From Felis catus (Eukaryota): a DNA stretch of 64,000 bases. The stretch is from positions 166,782,001 through 166,846,000 of the forward strand of contig NC_058368.1 in assembly GCF_018350175.1 (NCBI RefSeq), in the 5' to 3' direction. Positions 37,053 through 50,620 of the stretch are shown one piece after another (the first letter of the stretch is position 1; each line of letters starts with the position of its first letter). The notes beneath the pieces are model-generated. The model made no database searches. It had not been told where the DNA came from and saw only the letters and a list, made by a program, of their open reading frames with translations. Made by a program: the position numbers and the translations under genes.

Positions 37053-39889
37053 TGATGGAGATTTTTTTTTATGCCTTTCTTAAACAGGGTCGTTTTTACA
37101 CCCAAAGTCATAAATACACTTGTTGCTGTCCTTTCTGTATTTTATAGCTTGCCTTCTTAGGTTTATGATCCAGTTGAAAATTATTTTATAAGTGGTATGA
37201 AATAGGGATTGGTTTCTTTTCTTAATGTAGAATCCATAATGCAAATTTCATGTATTGAATGCTTCACTTTTTCTCCATTAATATGAAATACTACAATTAT
37301 CATAAATCCATATACATGGTTCTGTATGTGACCTTCTACTTTATTCATCTAGTTACCTATTCTTGTACCAACAGAGGTTTTAAAATGATATTTTTAGAAC
37401 ATTTTGATATAAGTAAGATGATTCCCATTACCTGGTTCTTCAAGAGAGTATCGGCTATTGTTTCTTTCCTCTTCCATAGGAATTTAAGATCAGCTTGTCA
37501 TGTTCCAAAAAACCTGTTTGAACTGTGTCAGGAACTTATTTTGACTTATATATTAAGTAATTACTATAACATTATATCCTCTCTTCTATGAACATAGTAT
37601 ATCTGTCTATTTACACAAATCTTCTTTATTTTGCCCTTGAATAAATTTGTATCCTTTACAAAAATAAATCTTGAATCTTCTCTTGAAGATTATTTCTAGG
37701 TAGTCTACAATGTTTGTCCTTATGATGAAGCAGTATTTTAACTTAATTTTGTAACTATCATTTCTGGAATATATTTCCTCTGTAAGAAACTAAATAGCTT
37801 TATCAGCTCATTCATTTATATCAAGCAGAATTGTGGAGCAAGTTGTTGTTCTAGCCAAACTTAAAACTCACATAAGCTATGTAAAGACTGGTAAAACTCA
37901 GTTCTAAGCCTTGTTAGATAATTAACTTGGACTCCTGGATAAATGTCCAGAAATAATATCATTTACAAATATTAGCAATTTTACCTCTTTTCCTTTCTCA
38001 TCTTTCTATTCCATTTATTTCTGTGACTTAATGTATTGACCAGAAATCTGAAAAAAATGTTAAAAACCAAATGTTCCTTCTGGGATTTTGTCTTTTCCCA
38101 AATATTAATGAGAATGTTTTCACTCTATCACCATTAAATATAATGTTTGCTATAAATTCCTTCTTTGGGCAAGGAAATTTTCTTCCTTCAAATAATTTTA
38201 TAGTTTTATACTAATAAAACCTATTTCATCTATTTTGTAGTAAGACAACCTAGCACCAGAAATACATAAGAATAAAATACCAGTGGGTTCTATTGGAATC
38301 AACAATAATGATGGTAGTTAAAGAAGTTACAAATTATTGTGTAGCTAATACATATATGGCGTTATAGACATTTATATACATCTATACCTGTGAACAATTC
38401 AACACTATTTCAGTAGTCATTCTTATGAATTAGAGAGGTTAAATACGCTCAAATTCACTCAGCTAAAAAGTAGGGAAGCTACAATTTGAACTCAGGTCTG
38501 GGTTATTACTGCCCAGATATCTGCCACATCCATCTACCAGATACTGTCAAGTGAATAGAAGCTGTTTTTACAAAACAGAACCTATAGAATTATGATGTGG
38601 ATGGAAATACTTTAGTTAATATTTAAATTTCAGAGCTGTTTGAGAAACGCTTGTAATAACACCCATAAGAGTTAGGGCACTTCTGTGTCAACTGAATCTG
38701 ACCCTAGATCTTGTTTCTGCACATTCAATTTCAAAGAGTCACTGAAAGAAAATGTGAAAATAATAAAGTAAATCAGAGACACAAACCATGTTGCAGACTT
38801 TTTGTACATACACAGACTCTTTGATTACCCTCTGCCCTTCTATCATCCAGCATACGTTAGTAACTAAATAATTAAACTAAATTTGATTTGTATGATATAG
38901 TTCATCCCATCACTACCATCAGGGGGAAAAAAAGGAAAACTTTATATTCAGGCAACAGTGACTGTATACTTAAGGAATGACACTCCTTGGTATTTAGGTA
39001 TAGGATGCGTTTATGAACCACAATATCTTGTTCATTATTCTGAAGCACAGCTCTTGTTTCACTTTGTTACATCTCCTAAAATTTTCAGAACACTTCTGTA
39101 ATACTTTGCCCTTGAAGCTGTCAGAAGAATTGTGAATTGAAAATATTTTCTTCTCTAGATTGGTATTTCCTTGCAGATAAAATGTGTTGAGTGTGTTTTT
39201 AAAATGCTACTGGAGAGCTGGAAGTGGAAAATAGTGTAAATTCTGACCTTCAAATTTCTTTCTTGCCACTGGATAAAATACTTAGTTTATTCCATACAGA
39301 GTATCCCATCTTGTTTGGTATAATATAGACTCAGTCAAAATGGCCTCTACATTAACAATATCATATTACAGTGTTAGTCTGACATTCAGTATTTTAAAAA
39401 GGAATACATTGAAATTCCTTAAAAGCCCATCTCAAAGTTTTATTAAATTTAAAATGCTATGTGTAATACGTCTAAAATAAAATTGATTTATCTCATTTGA
39501 TTACACAAATCTTATGTCTACTTAATTTATAGACATTAACTACTTGAGCCATATTTCTAAGCATATTGGAAAAGAAGCATTTAACTATAAGAAATGTAGA
39601 AATATATTGTGGCTAATTTTTAACCCTAATGCATGTAAGTCTACTTTTTAGGTAGTAACCATTTTATATACAAAATTTATTAAACAGCACACATAAAGGC
39701 CAAAAAGACGGTGTTATAAATATAGCAAATTAAACAGCAATATGGCTTACAGATTATAAGCCCAGATATGTTCTTGCGATTTTAATTCTAAAAAAAGAAG
39801 TTAAAGACAATGTTATATACTAGTACAAGTTAGCTAGCAAATAACAACAACAGCAGCAATGGAGAGGAGGAGGGGAAAGAGTGGGAGAA

Positions 39890-40100
39890 CTGCCCCTTCT
39901 ATACTTACTATGAAGAAGGCCTCATTCTAAACTCTGTACATATAATGTTACTTCAGCTTTCCACCCACCCTATGAAGAACTTACAGCTATAATTCCCTTT
40001 TTGTCAATAAGCAAACAGAAGCTCAGTAATATTAATGAGGTAGTAAATGGTGGATCCAGATATTAAATCCAGACAATCCAGCCCAAGATTGCATGACTCT
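39890..40100 (-). mobile_element. MIR remnant
   Basis: acttactatg, accctatgaag, attccctttt, aaacagaagctcag, tagtaaatggtgga.ccag. Confidence 0.6.
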
Positions 40101-40429
40101 AGATGCCAGCGATTTAGAGTATATTGGTACTGAAATCAAATCATCATTTAAAAAAATTGACCTCAAGCATATAGTCTATTAGCTTTTTTTATAGTGATCC
40201 AAGAAAAGCTGCATTTAATGCACCTATTTTCCCAAGAACTGTCTTGTTCATTAGCAACTAAAATTGAGTCATTTAAAAAATTTAGCCAATTGAGAAATTC
40301 TAAGATCCAATTATAGCAATTTACATACATATACCTTTAACAAAGACAAATTATTTACACTAAATAGCTTTGATATATGCCATTTCATATTCTTTCCCGT
40401 ATACTTCTCCAAGACAAGTGGTGTGAACC

Positions 40430-40890
40430 ACATGGGTTTTTGGTTGCAGCAATAGAATCACTTCTAGCTGACAGATACATAAACGGAATTTATTTTCACA
40501 CTCTTGGGCAAATCATACAGCAGTTGGCAATACTGGACAACCAGGCTCAGGAAATAAGCAGGAATCAAGGGAAACTGCATGTCAAAAATGTAGCCAAAAC
40601 ATTCTAAAGGAATAGACCATTTAAAACACTATTAACAGTGCACCCGTACTCTTGCCACCCCACTGCCTCTATGAATGTTTTTACCTGCCTCAGTTACCTT
40701 CATCTCTCCCTCTGGAGTCAAAGTTGTAAAATGGATGTACCTCCTGATTGGTGAGCCTGGCTAATACATACTTACTCCTTAGCCAACAGAGAGAAGAAAA
40801 AAGGAGCAAGGTTCTTCTTCCCTTCAAAACCTACACAGGCAGAACCTCTGCCCTAAACCAGAAAAAAGTTAAGTGCCATGTAGCCAAAAG
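40430..40890. mobile_element. Old MaLR LTR (MLT1K/L-like)
   Basis: ggttgcagcaatagaa...ttctagctga...ggaatttatt...aaccaggctcagg...ctgattggtgagcct. Confidence 0.5.
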
Positions 40891-41034
40891 ATAATATATT
40901 CCTATATGCTCAAAATCTTTAGCTCCCAACAGTAAAATGTCTTGGATCGGTGTCATTGGCAGTATTCTACACCAGAGAAATGGTTAGGAAGTTGCGGGTG
41001 ATAACTTAATTAGATGTTTCATTACTTTTTTTGT

Positions 41035-41285
41035 TTATTTAACACCATTTACTGCTTATCATGAGTCTGACACTGTTCCGAGTTTTACAGAAATACTGAG
41101 TTAATACTCACAAAACCTCATTGGTGGTGTTACCCTATGATTAACCCTGAATTTACTCATGTAGGAACTGAGACATGAAGAGGTTTTGTAACTTACCAAA
41201 GTCAGTCTCCAGAAGGTTCTAGAGCTGAAATTGACCAAGGCAGCTGAATTTCATAGACCGCTTTAAGCATTATCCCATGCTGCCT
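41035..41285 (-). mobile_element. MIR
   Basis: catttactgctta, taggaactgagacatgaagaggtt..gtaacttaccaaagtca. Confidence 0.7.
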
Positions 41286-41469
41286 TTCACTTCAAGTCAT
41301 GGTTGGCTAGACGGCAGTTCCTGAATACTAACAGCATGTTCACTACTTGTACCCCTAAGTATAATCAACTGAAGTTTCATTTAGTTTTTCATGAAAATAT
41401 GTTATCTGAAACCCAATATTTTTTGACCGGTTGTCTATAGCAAACACTTTCATTGCCTCATCTAAACAC

Positions 41470-41915
41470 CTCCCCTCTCTTGTCATTTCTGTGGGTTCCT
41501 CTTCTCCTCCCTTGGAATCTCTGTAGTTTTGCTTATAGCCTGCACCTACAACCCTCTTTGAGGGCCACCATTGAACTACTGGAGCTGTTTGCCTGAATAA
41601 GCTGACAGGCAGATGTGTCTGGAGATTGATGAACCCCTGAGATGAGACTTGTCTCATAACTGATCTGCACTCAAGAATATAGCCCAGCACCATTGCCTTG
41701 AGGAGAACAGTTTCTGAAGTGCAATTTACATTGCGAGAGTTCCTCTTAAGAAACTCACTCCCCTTAGGACTTAGCTTGAAATCTTGTCCGCACTTACTCT
41801 CTTCTTCCCCTGTCTTGCGTGGCACATTCTTTAACCATGAGAGCTATTCCTTAATAATTCTTTAACACAGAATCCTCACTTCAGAGTCTGCTTCTGGAGA
41901 ATCTGATCAACAACA
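41470..41915 (+). mobile_element. ERVL LTR (LTR16-like)
   Basis: 3' end aatcctcacttcagagtctgcttctggagaatctga resembles the LTR16 terminus. Confidence 0.55.
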
Positions 41916-43239
41916 GGTCGCTGTTGAAAACAAACACCACTCTTCCTTATTAACTTAAGCAGAAAAATGATGCCTCGGAGGCATTTTAGGCAGCTCATGA
42001 AACTACTAGGAAGTTTAAAAGCTGGCACAGAAAGTTGGTAAGAAACAAAGTGACGGGAAATCTAACAACACAAGCAATGTCACACCATAAAATATGTGAT
42101 CCTATAGTTCACACACATTGGTGTACCACTACAAAAAACTCTTCATCACTACCTACCACCATCAGGCATTGGCCTGCCAATGGACTTTCAACTCTAATGC
42201 TTCCAGTGTAAATTGTACCTTGGCCCACCTCCCCCACCACCAGAATAAAGAATAGGAAATGCCTGACTCTTCTATTTTCTTTGGACCCATGCAATAAGAG
42301 GAAAACCAAATATTGGCTACATCCCAAACTTCCTGGGATTTAATCCTAAATATTCCAATTTTCTTTCAAAATTATATGAATTAATTTTCTTTACCTTGAA
42401 TGTTCCTCTTCCATATCATCTTGTGTTCTCATGTCTAAATCCAACCCATCTTTTATCACATAATCCAAAAGCTAGTTAGAACATCACATTGTCCCCGATT
42501 CACCCTGCTAAACTTGTCCCTCCATATTCTGGACACTATTTAGTACTTTATCACTATTTTAATATTTACGTCCTATGTGAGACTAAGTTCTTTCCCAGCA
42601 TTTAACATGGCTTACAACAATACCTCTATGACAACTTAAGTATAATAAAAGTTGCCAAAGAAATTAGAAGGAGATCTATGGAAATACCAGGAGATGGATT
42701 TGCGTATTGGTAGACTCAATAGGACTTAGCAACTGATTAAATTTGGAGGGTTTGGAAGGGACAGTTGCTTCATTTGTTTCTCAGAACTCAAGTGTCTAGG
42801 TGCAAGATGATGCCATTAAGATATTTAAAGATAATAGAATAGGCTTCATAATTGGATTGTCTAATAATTTAGTTGTGAGTTTAGAGTTCTTAATGTCCTT
42901 TATGTTTGATAAGTCTAGGCCAGAATCAGAAAGTTGAGTTCCAAATTCAAGTGAGAGATGAGGGCCAAAAGTTTAGATTTAAGTGTTTTCAGAATAAGAG
43001 TGATAAAAGAGTGATAAAAGAAGTCATGTAAGTACATGAGATCACTCAGGAGTGAAGATGTAATGAGAAAAGAAAATCAGTATTTTGGTAAGGAACTTCA
43101 CAAATCCAGCATTTGAGAAGCAAGACATAAAAAAATATTAAGTAGGGAGAAAACAGATTAGAATTGAGGTTAAGAAACCTAAGAGCTCTAAAGAGTCCAT
43201 AGAGGGAAGACATCTTAGAAGAAATCATCCTTTTGCTTT

Positions 43240-43690
43240 TGGGGGCTGTGTGGCCCCAATTCTTCACCTCTCTTGGCATTGATGTTCTTTGCTTTGTAAC
43301 TTTGTGCCTCCTGACACAGAAGACAGCGGATATTTCCTAACCTCTTGCTTTGGGCTCAGCTGTGGGACTTAATTTGGTAATGAAATATGGAGAGAAGTGA
43401 GGGTGACCAATTCTAAGTCTAGGCCTTAAGAGACCTCACATGTTTCCACTTGTCCTCCTGCATTTTTGCCATAACCGTGAGAGGACTATGCCCTAGTCAG
43501 CTACCCAGTCCAAGTAAAATAACAAACTCATGGAGCATACCTGGACTTAACCTGTACTTAGAGCCACCGCCTCAGCCCAGCCAAGAGCATCAGAGTCACC
43601 CCAGATGAATTACAAATACGTGTGAAATAAATGCATATGGTTGCATACTACTGAGATTTTGTGTTTGCTAGAAACAAGAGCTAACTGACA
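43240..43690 (+). mobile_element. MaLR solo LTR (MLT1H/I-like)
   Basis: agaagtga..gtgaccaattctaagtctaggccttaagagacctcacatgtttccact...aataaatgc...actgagattttg...agctaactgaca. Confidence 0.8.
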
Positions 43691-44701
43691 GAGTACACTG
43701 GTAACTTCAGAAAAGGTCATAGTCTATATCCTGATGGGTCCCTTAGTCAACTATTAATGGCTTGAAGGATGAATTAGAAAGAATTAACTGAAATCAGTGA
43801 GAAACTGGTCATTGAAGGGCTGCAAATAATTGAAAGACTAACTTTATGAAAACTAAAGATAAGAAAATAATGGAGAAAATGTGCAAGGTTACCTGCCCTT
43901 ACTTTGAGCTCAAAATTCAGGAAATGTGACTCCATGTACATAAGCATTTAAACCATTAATGATTAAAGGAGAAAATTTCAGGACAATGAGGGAACTGATT
44001 TTGATTAGGTAAGTTTTTTAACAATATCACTTATATCAGGTTGTGTAAAAGATAGTGTTTACTATGCAATGATAAACTATAGGATAAATATAAATTTCAT
44101 TTTAGGGTTAGAAAAACTGCCAGGATCTTACTTGACTAATAGCAATTTTATAAATTGAAAACAATGTATGAAGTCTATGAAAACATAGATGAAATAGATG
44201 AAACAAGATGATTCACATGAATGCTAGAAAGAACAACTAAATGTTGCCAATCTGGCAAATTGGCCTATATGCAAATTAGTAATGTTTTAAATAAAGAAAA
44301 CACATCAAAGGGCATGTCTGTTCATTTATTTTGACATTTTATAATTGAGCCTAATTATTTGTGAAACTGTAACCCATTAAGCTGGCCGTTGGTATAGTTT
44401 GAGAAAATAATGACATTTTAGTCAAAGAAGGACTTTCTTTCACTTTCTATAGTACATTCAGACAAGACAGTGAAGTAAATTAATTAAAAACTAAAATGTC
44501 AAGTCTCACCCACATCTTTGTGCATTAGCCAAAGATACATACAGACTAGAAATCAGAAAATTCAAAATGGGCTTTTTGTTTAATATACATTTCCAGAGAT
44601 AAATCTGTGAAATTAGTTCTCTAAATAATGTATGAACTATATTGTGCCTAATTATTTGCCTTACATATCAAATATACCTTCATTCAGACTAACGTGCCTG
44701 A

Positions 44702-44917
44702 TTTTAAAAAAATTGATATTTTTATTTATTTTTGAGAGAGAAAGAGAGAGAGAGCACAAGTAGGGGAGGGGCAGAGAGAGAGGGAAACAAACTAAAGGAG
44801 GCTCCAGGCTCTAAGCTGTCAGCACAGAGCCTGACATGGGGCCTGAACTTGTGAACCGGGAAATCATGATCTGAACCAAGGTTGGATGCTTAACTGACTG
44901 AGCCACCCAGGCACCCC
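44702..44917 (-). mobile_element. Can-SINE
   Basis: Exact TSD taacgtgcctgatttt. Confidence 0.95.
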
Positions 44918-46049
44918 TAACGTGCCTGATTTTTACCACTTTACCAGTTTCTTTAAACTTTGTATAATTTTGTATTTCTATGTCATATGTACCTATCTTT
45001 CTTGATGTCACTTTGCCCCTGGAAAGCCCAAAAGTAACGACATAGGGGAATTATAGCTCTATTTTAAGCAAGGCTTTTATTAACATTGTACTTTGCAAAT
45101 GCTTATTTTAAGAACAAGTAATTGTAGATTTTTCTTAAAATTTAGCTGGTTTCATTTTTATATCATGTACTACATATAAAATAATTCCTAGTTTTGTCAA
45201 GGCTGTAAAAACATATTTTGCTTGCTACAAATTATTGAGACCACATACAAGAGCGACCTAGCAGAATTTCCTCCAATTTGGTTTTCTAAGTAAACAAAGC
45301 TTGCAGCACAGTCTTCCATTAATGAGGGATGAATCAGAGTCTTTTCTGATAAATCAAAGGGCTGTGCTTATTAAACAAAGATGATGTTATTGATTCAAAG
45401 GGCACGCTCTTTAAGCAGTTGTTTCTAATTGTTTGTGCTGATCCATCTACATTTTACATTTACTTCCCATTTTAGCCACACACATTTTATAAAATGTCCA
45501 GCCAAGCTTAGAGGTTTATTATAGGCGTGGCATGATAACAACACTTACCGCCCAATGAATAGCAGGCCCCATGACCTTCGCATTATTAATGGAAAGTTGG
45601 GCTAACTGCCTCATAGGCACATTAATCCTAGGGTCAACATCAAGGAGAATTTTTGTTTGAGGCAATATAAATTATATATGCACAACTAAAAGAAGAAACT
45701 AGCAATATAAGCACTTGGAAGTAAACTTCTTTTAGTTAAAAAGAAAACATATTTTTTCATCTTTCTTCTGTATAAATAACATTTTTTTTTAAATAAAAGC
45801 AATAACATTGAACTTTCCTAGCAAAAGCTGCAACCCATGAGACATTCGTTATAAAGTTGCAGTCCTCTTTAATTGCATGAGCAACATTAACTCACAGGAC
45901 AGAAAATTGCCATAGTATTTTGCTCATTTTCTTTGTTCAAGATGCACTCCTAAGTTAATAGTTCTACTGGGATACCTGGTAGATTGAGCATGAAACAATT
46001 CCTTGGTAAGATGGTAAAATTTTATTTTGCAAAGATTGTCTTCTATCAT

Positions 46050-48000
46050 TTTAGTAAATGCACCATGTGTACCTGAAAATAGTTTAAATTTCGTTATTGT
46101 TGAATGTAGGGCACACTATATCATAATTAGTGCTGTTAATTGTGTTAATTATACATAAGGCACACTACATGAAAATTAGACCTATTAATCAGGTCGTTTA
46201 TTAACTGCATTGTTTATATTTTCTATATTTTTGCTGATTGACCTTAACTGCAAGTGTTATCAACTTTTAAAGTTTTATGAATGGTGATTTCATATATATT
46301 AAATCTGTATATTGATTGCATAAAAATTTAGAACAGTCTTATTTTCCAATTGATTTACTTCTTTATTATTATGAAATTTTACTGTTTGTGTCCAGCAATG
46401 CTCTTGCCTTAAAATCGTCTTCAATATTAATATAGCCACATTATTTTCTTTTGCTCTCTATTTACATGGTTTCTTTTTTTTATTCAATCCTTTGTATTTC
46501 AGTCACTCTCCATGCTTATATTGAGATGTTTCTCCATGCTTATACTAAGATGTTTCTCTTCACATATAGTTGAGATCTTTTTTTGTTAATTCAATATAAC
46601 AATCTTATTCTTTACTTAAGGTATTTGGTTACATTAAATGTAATTAAATATATTTTTTACTTCATAACTGCCATACAATTACTTCTTTTCTACTTGACTC
46701 ACCTGTTTTATGCTCATAAAGCTTTCTTGCTTTCTTTTCAATTCATCTGGTGTTTATCTGTTTTAACTATTCTATTTTTCCTCCATAAATTTGTTCATTA
46801 TAGCTTCTCTTTCTATTCTTTTAATGATTACTGTCAGTTACAACATTCATTCTTGAATCGTTATAACGTAATACAGATGATTGCTTTTAACATTTCTTCT
46901 ATAATACTAGTAACATAGAACATTTTAGCTCCACATACAACCTCCCACTTATCACATTATTGTTTTCATACATTTTAACTATAGATGTACAATTTTACAA
47001 AGTATTATTATTATTATTATGTCCAGTCTGCATTCATCTATATGAATTTCTCTTTTGTTAGACATTCCTTCATGTACTTACATATCCTGGTATCATTTTC
47101 CTTCTATCTAAACAATTCCCTTGTAATTTTTTTTTAGTGCAGTATATTCTGTATGTTTTTATGTGTCTAAAAGTATCTTGAAATTTCTTTAAGTTAAAAT
47201 TTGTATTTTTATATTTTATTTTTAATTTTTATTCTTTAAAAATAGTACTGCTGGGTAGAGAAATCTTGGTGAATTTGATTTTCAGACTGTTTGTTTGTTT
47301 GTTTGTAAGCAATGTGTTTATCCCTGGGGCTACATTTAGGTTTTTCTCTTAGTCTTTAGCTTTCAATAATTTTATTATGACATGTCTAGGTGTGGTATAC
47401 TTTGTTTTTACCCTGCTTGCGGCTCACAGAGATTTTTTTGGTCTGCATATTTCATCAGTTTTAGATAATTACATGCTCTCTCTCTTTTTTTTTTTTTTTT
47501 TAGTTATTTCTTCTATCTCAATCTTCTTCTCTCCTCTCTGCTTGAACTTCAATTCTAAATGTATATTGTACCTTTTCATTGCATGTTGTGTGCTTTTTGT
47601 CTCTTTTTTTGTTGTTTTTCACTCCCCCCTGCCCATCCTTTAGTTTGGATATTTGCTACTGATATGTATTCCAGTTCACTGATACTTTTTTTTTTTTTTG
47701 CTATGTCTAATTTCCTATTAAACTCATCTGTTGAGCTCTTTATTTTAGATATTTCAATTTTCAGTTCTAGAATTCCTATTTAAATCTTTAAAAATGATAT
47801 CTAATTGAACACATTTTTTCATCTTTTCATCTATCTTCCATGTCTTTGTTTATTTTCTTTGGTTTATTAATCATAGTTATTCTAAAGTATTTTTTTATTA
47901 ACTCCAATATTTGGACCAACTGTGTCTCTTTTTCATTGTTTTTCTTTTGGGTGATGGCATCTCTAATCACTTTTTAAATGAATACTGGACATTATGTATT
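46050..48000 (-). mobile_element. Very old L1/HAL1-like antisense fragments
   Basis: atattaatatagccac, gctgggtagagaaatct, tatgacatgtctaggtgtgg, ttttcagttctagaatt. Confidence 0.6.
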
Positions 48001-50153
48001 TTTAAATCTCTGGTGTTATATGTTTCTAGGAATGGCTCACTCTACCCTTTACTGGGCAGCTAGAGTAGTAGCTGATAATTATAATCTAATCATGGATTAA
48101 ACTGAGTAGAGGCTGGGTAGTAATTTTCGTAAGGCTCTGATAAGTAGTTCCTAGTTATTGGTGAAAGTGAAAAACCCACAGGACTTCCAGCTGAAAGCTT
48201 GGTACACTTATCAGGGATTCTCTCTAATAAATCTCAAACTCTACTTTTAAAAGTAAAATGAGACAGCAGAAAACTCTGCTCTCCTTTTCAGAATCTTTCT
48301 ACCTAGCTTTTCTACTCCCACCTTGAGCAGCTTCAGAACTGGGTAAATAATTGGGGAAAACAAGCGGCGTGTCAGGTAATTTCCCTTATCCTTTCTCCCT
48401 GAGATCTTGGCCCCTCTCCCTTTTTCTTGAGTTTTAGATCTTGTTAAAAGTTCTATTGGCATCAGTATTCCCTGGCAGTTGCCCTCTGTCCAGGCAAAGA
48501 CTGGATTCTCCAACTAATACATTAAGCCTGGAATCACAAATGACTCCAGAGAAATGCAGAAAGTCACCTCACTTCACTTCCATTTTCCACTTTCCAGAAT
48601 CTTGCCCTTTTGGTTCTTATTACTTCAGCAACTTTCTCAAGCCTTTAAATAAGTGGTTTTTAAATGTTTTATTGAGTTTTTCTATTGAGATAAGACTTGT
48701 CTATAGCAAGATACTCCATTTTATTCACAAAAAGAAAACACATTTTTGTCCTCATTTTCCATTTCTGGGATCATCTCAACCAAAAAGAAAATTTAAGTTG
48801 TTTCACTTATCTCTTTGCTTGATTTTGAAATTATATTTTTATGTTATTAATATTTAGATTCGTAAGGGTGAATTTCTTTAATTTTTAGAACCACCTTGAA
48901 GTTGAGTTCCATCAAATATCAATATTATAGATTTGACTTATATGTCTATTTTTATAAACACACATATAATTGCCTAAATATATAAAGAAATACAACTAGA
49001 TGAGTTCCTAAACCATAAGTTATACTGATCAGATACTAAGTATGCTGACTTTTGGACCAGAAACTCTTTTAGGGATAGAATTTAGAAATAATCCACTAAC
49101 ACACTATTATATATAACTTTAAACTATATGTAAAGGGTAATGCTGAAAAGTGTCACATTTTCTTTGTGACTATTAGAAATCATACAAAATTTAGGAGGTT
49201 GCTTCATGTTCTATGCACTCAGAGAAACCTGCTTAGGCTAACTAGAGATTCAGTTTAAAACATGCCATTACTTTGGATAAATAATACACAATTTCTGTGC
49301 TCTTTGTACCAAAATCAATAAGTTTATAATGAGGTATTAGGTCTCCCTAGATATTAGGATGTCAGAGTTCAAAAATAATACATTCTTTGGTTTTATTTTC
49401 TTTCTGTCAATTTACTCTAACCTGAACTAGCTTTTGGAAGTTAACAAAATTGAATTTTTTTAAAGTAGTCTTTCACCCAATAATTTATTTTGGTTTAGAT
49501 TACAAAGAGCTCATGTGTTACACATTAGCTACTTAACATTTAAAATAAGTTATTTTCATTTGCTTTCTCATTTACTAGTTTCAGATTGGAATATATTTGC
49601 ATTTGTAAAACGTGTATAAATCAGTATGTTTCATAGGTAAGAGCAGGAAAGGCAATAAAAATGGCTTCTTACAAATTATTCACATTTGAAGGAAAAGGAA
49701 TGGATAGATAAATATGCAAACTTACTTTTCTAGTACTGCATATAAATTGATATAAATGTTCTATATAAAACAAACAAACAGAAACTTTGGTGGAATGCCC
49801 TCAGGAGTCACAATAACACCTTTAATTAACAGGTATATCAAATATCATTGTTTCTTCTCTGAGCACCCTTGTGTGTTCTCATGTAAAAACAGCTATTTTA
49901 ATAATGACTATTTTCTTACCAGTTTCATTTTTTAAGAAAATAACTAACCAAACTTTAGTTTCACAATTTTTACTAGATTCAGGAATAAATGTGTTACACA
50001 ATGTTAAAATTAAAATGGGGAACTCTATTTAAAATTGTTATGGAATGTCAAGACCAAATAACCATATACAGATTTTCCCAAAGGAAAAACTTCTATGACC
50101 TGTGTATCCCTTTATGAATTTTGAGAATAAAAAAAAGTAAGAGATGAGGCCTC

Positions 50154-50620
50154 TGTGGGGAATGTTAGTGATGAGATGTACTTAGAGTGAGCTCTTTCCA
50201 TGTTATCGGTCCATATTCTCACACTTTGAGGGAAAGGGGAACTATGGCAGGTGGCCAAGAGTCCAGCTGCTGCTGCTCTATGTTTTCTACAAAGGCCAGA
50301 CCTCTCATGAACTGCTCCCAGCCAATGACTTCATGATGCAGGAATACTAACAGGAACCCACTCTTAGGAGACACAAGACTCCTCTTAAAGACAACAGTGG
50401 CTTGAAGACTCCATCATGCTTTTGCCTAACTTGCATCTAACTACACAGCAGTCTGTGACCATTCTACCGACCTTCTCTTCCGCTCTCCTTCACTCAGGGT
50501 CAGACTGGCATCAGGTATGAAGACTTTTCCAGACTTTCTGGTTCTCTACCCATTGTCTCTACATAGGCCTTCACCTACCAAAATGCTATACTTTATGTCT
50601 TCTCAGAGGACCTGGAAAAC
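50154..50620 (+). mobile_element. ERVL solo LTR (LTR16C-like)
   Basis: cagccaatgac, ctctccttcactcagggtcagactggcatc, cttctcagaggacctg match LTR16C-type features. Confidence 0.7.

Larger units (their letters stand above)
35880..38200 (-). mobile_element. Very old L1 (L1ME-like) antisense, with younger insertions
   Basis: tataaatgtcatcatcctgtatgt, aaaagtggaattactgtgtca, aatttaagatcagcttgtca, tcaccattaaatataatgtttgct. Confidence 0.7.

Noticed and set aside
41355..41825. 156-aa minus-strand ORF
   Set aside because: Overlaps an LTR16-like element, has no recognisable domain, and has no splice support.
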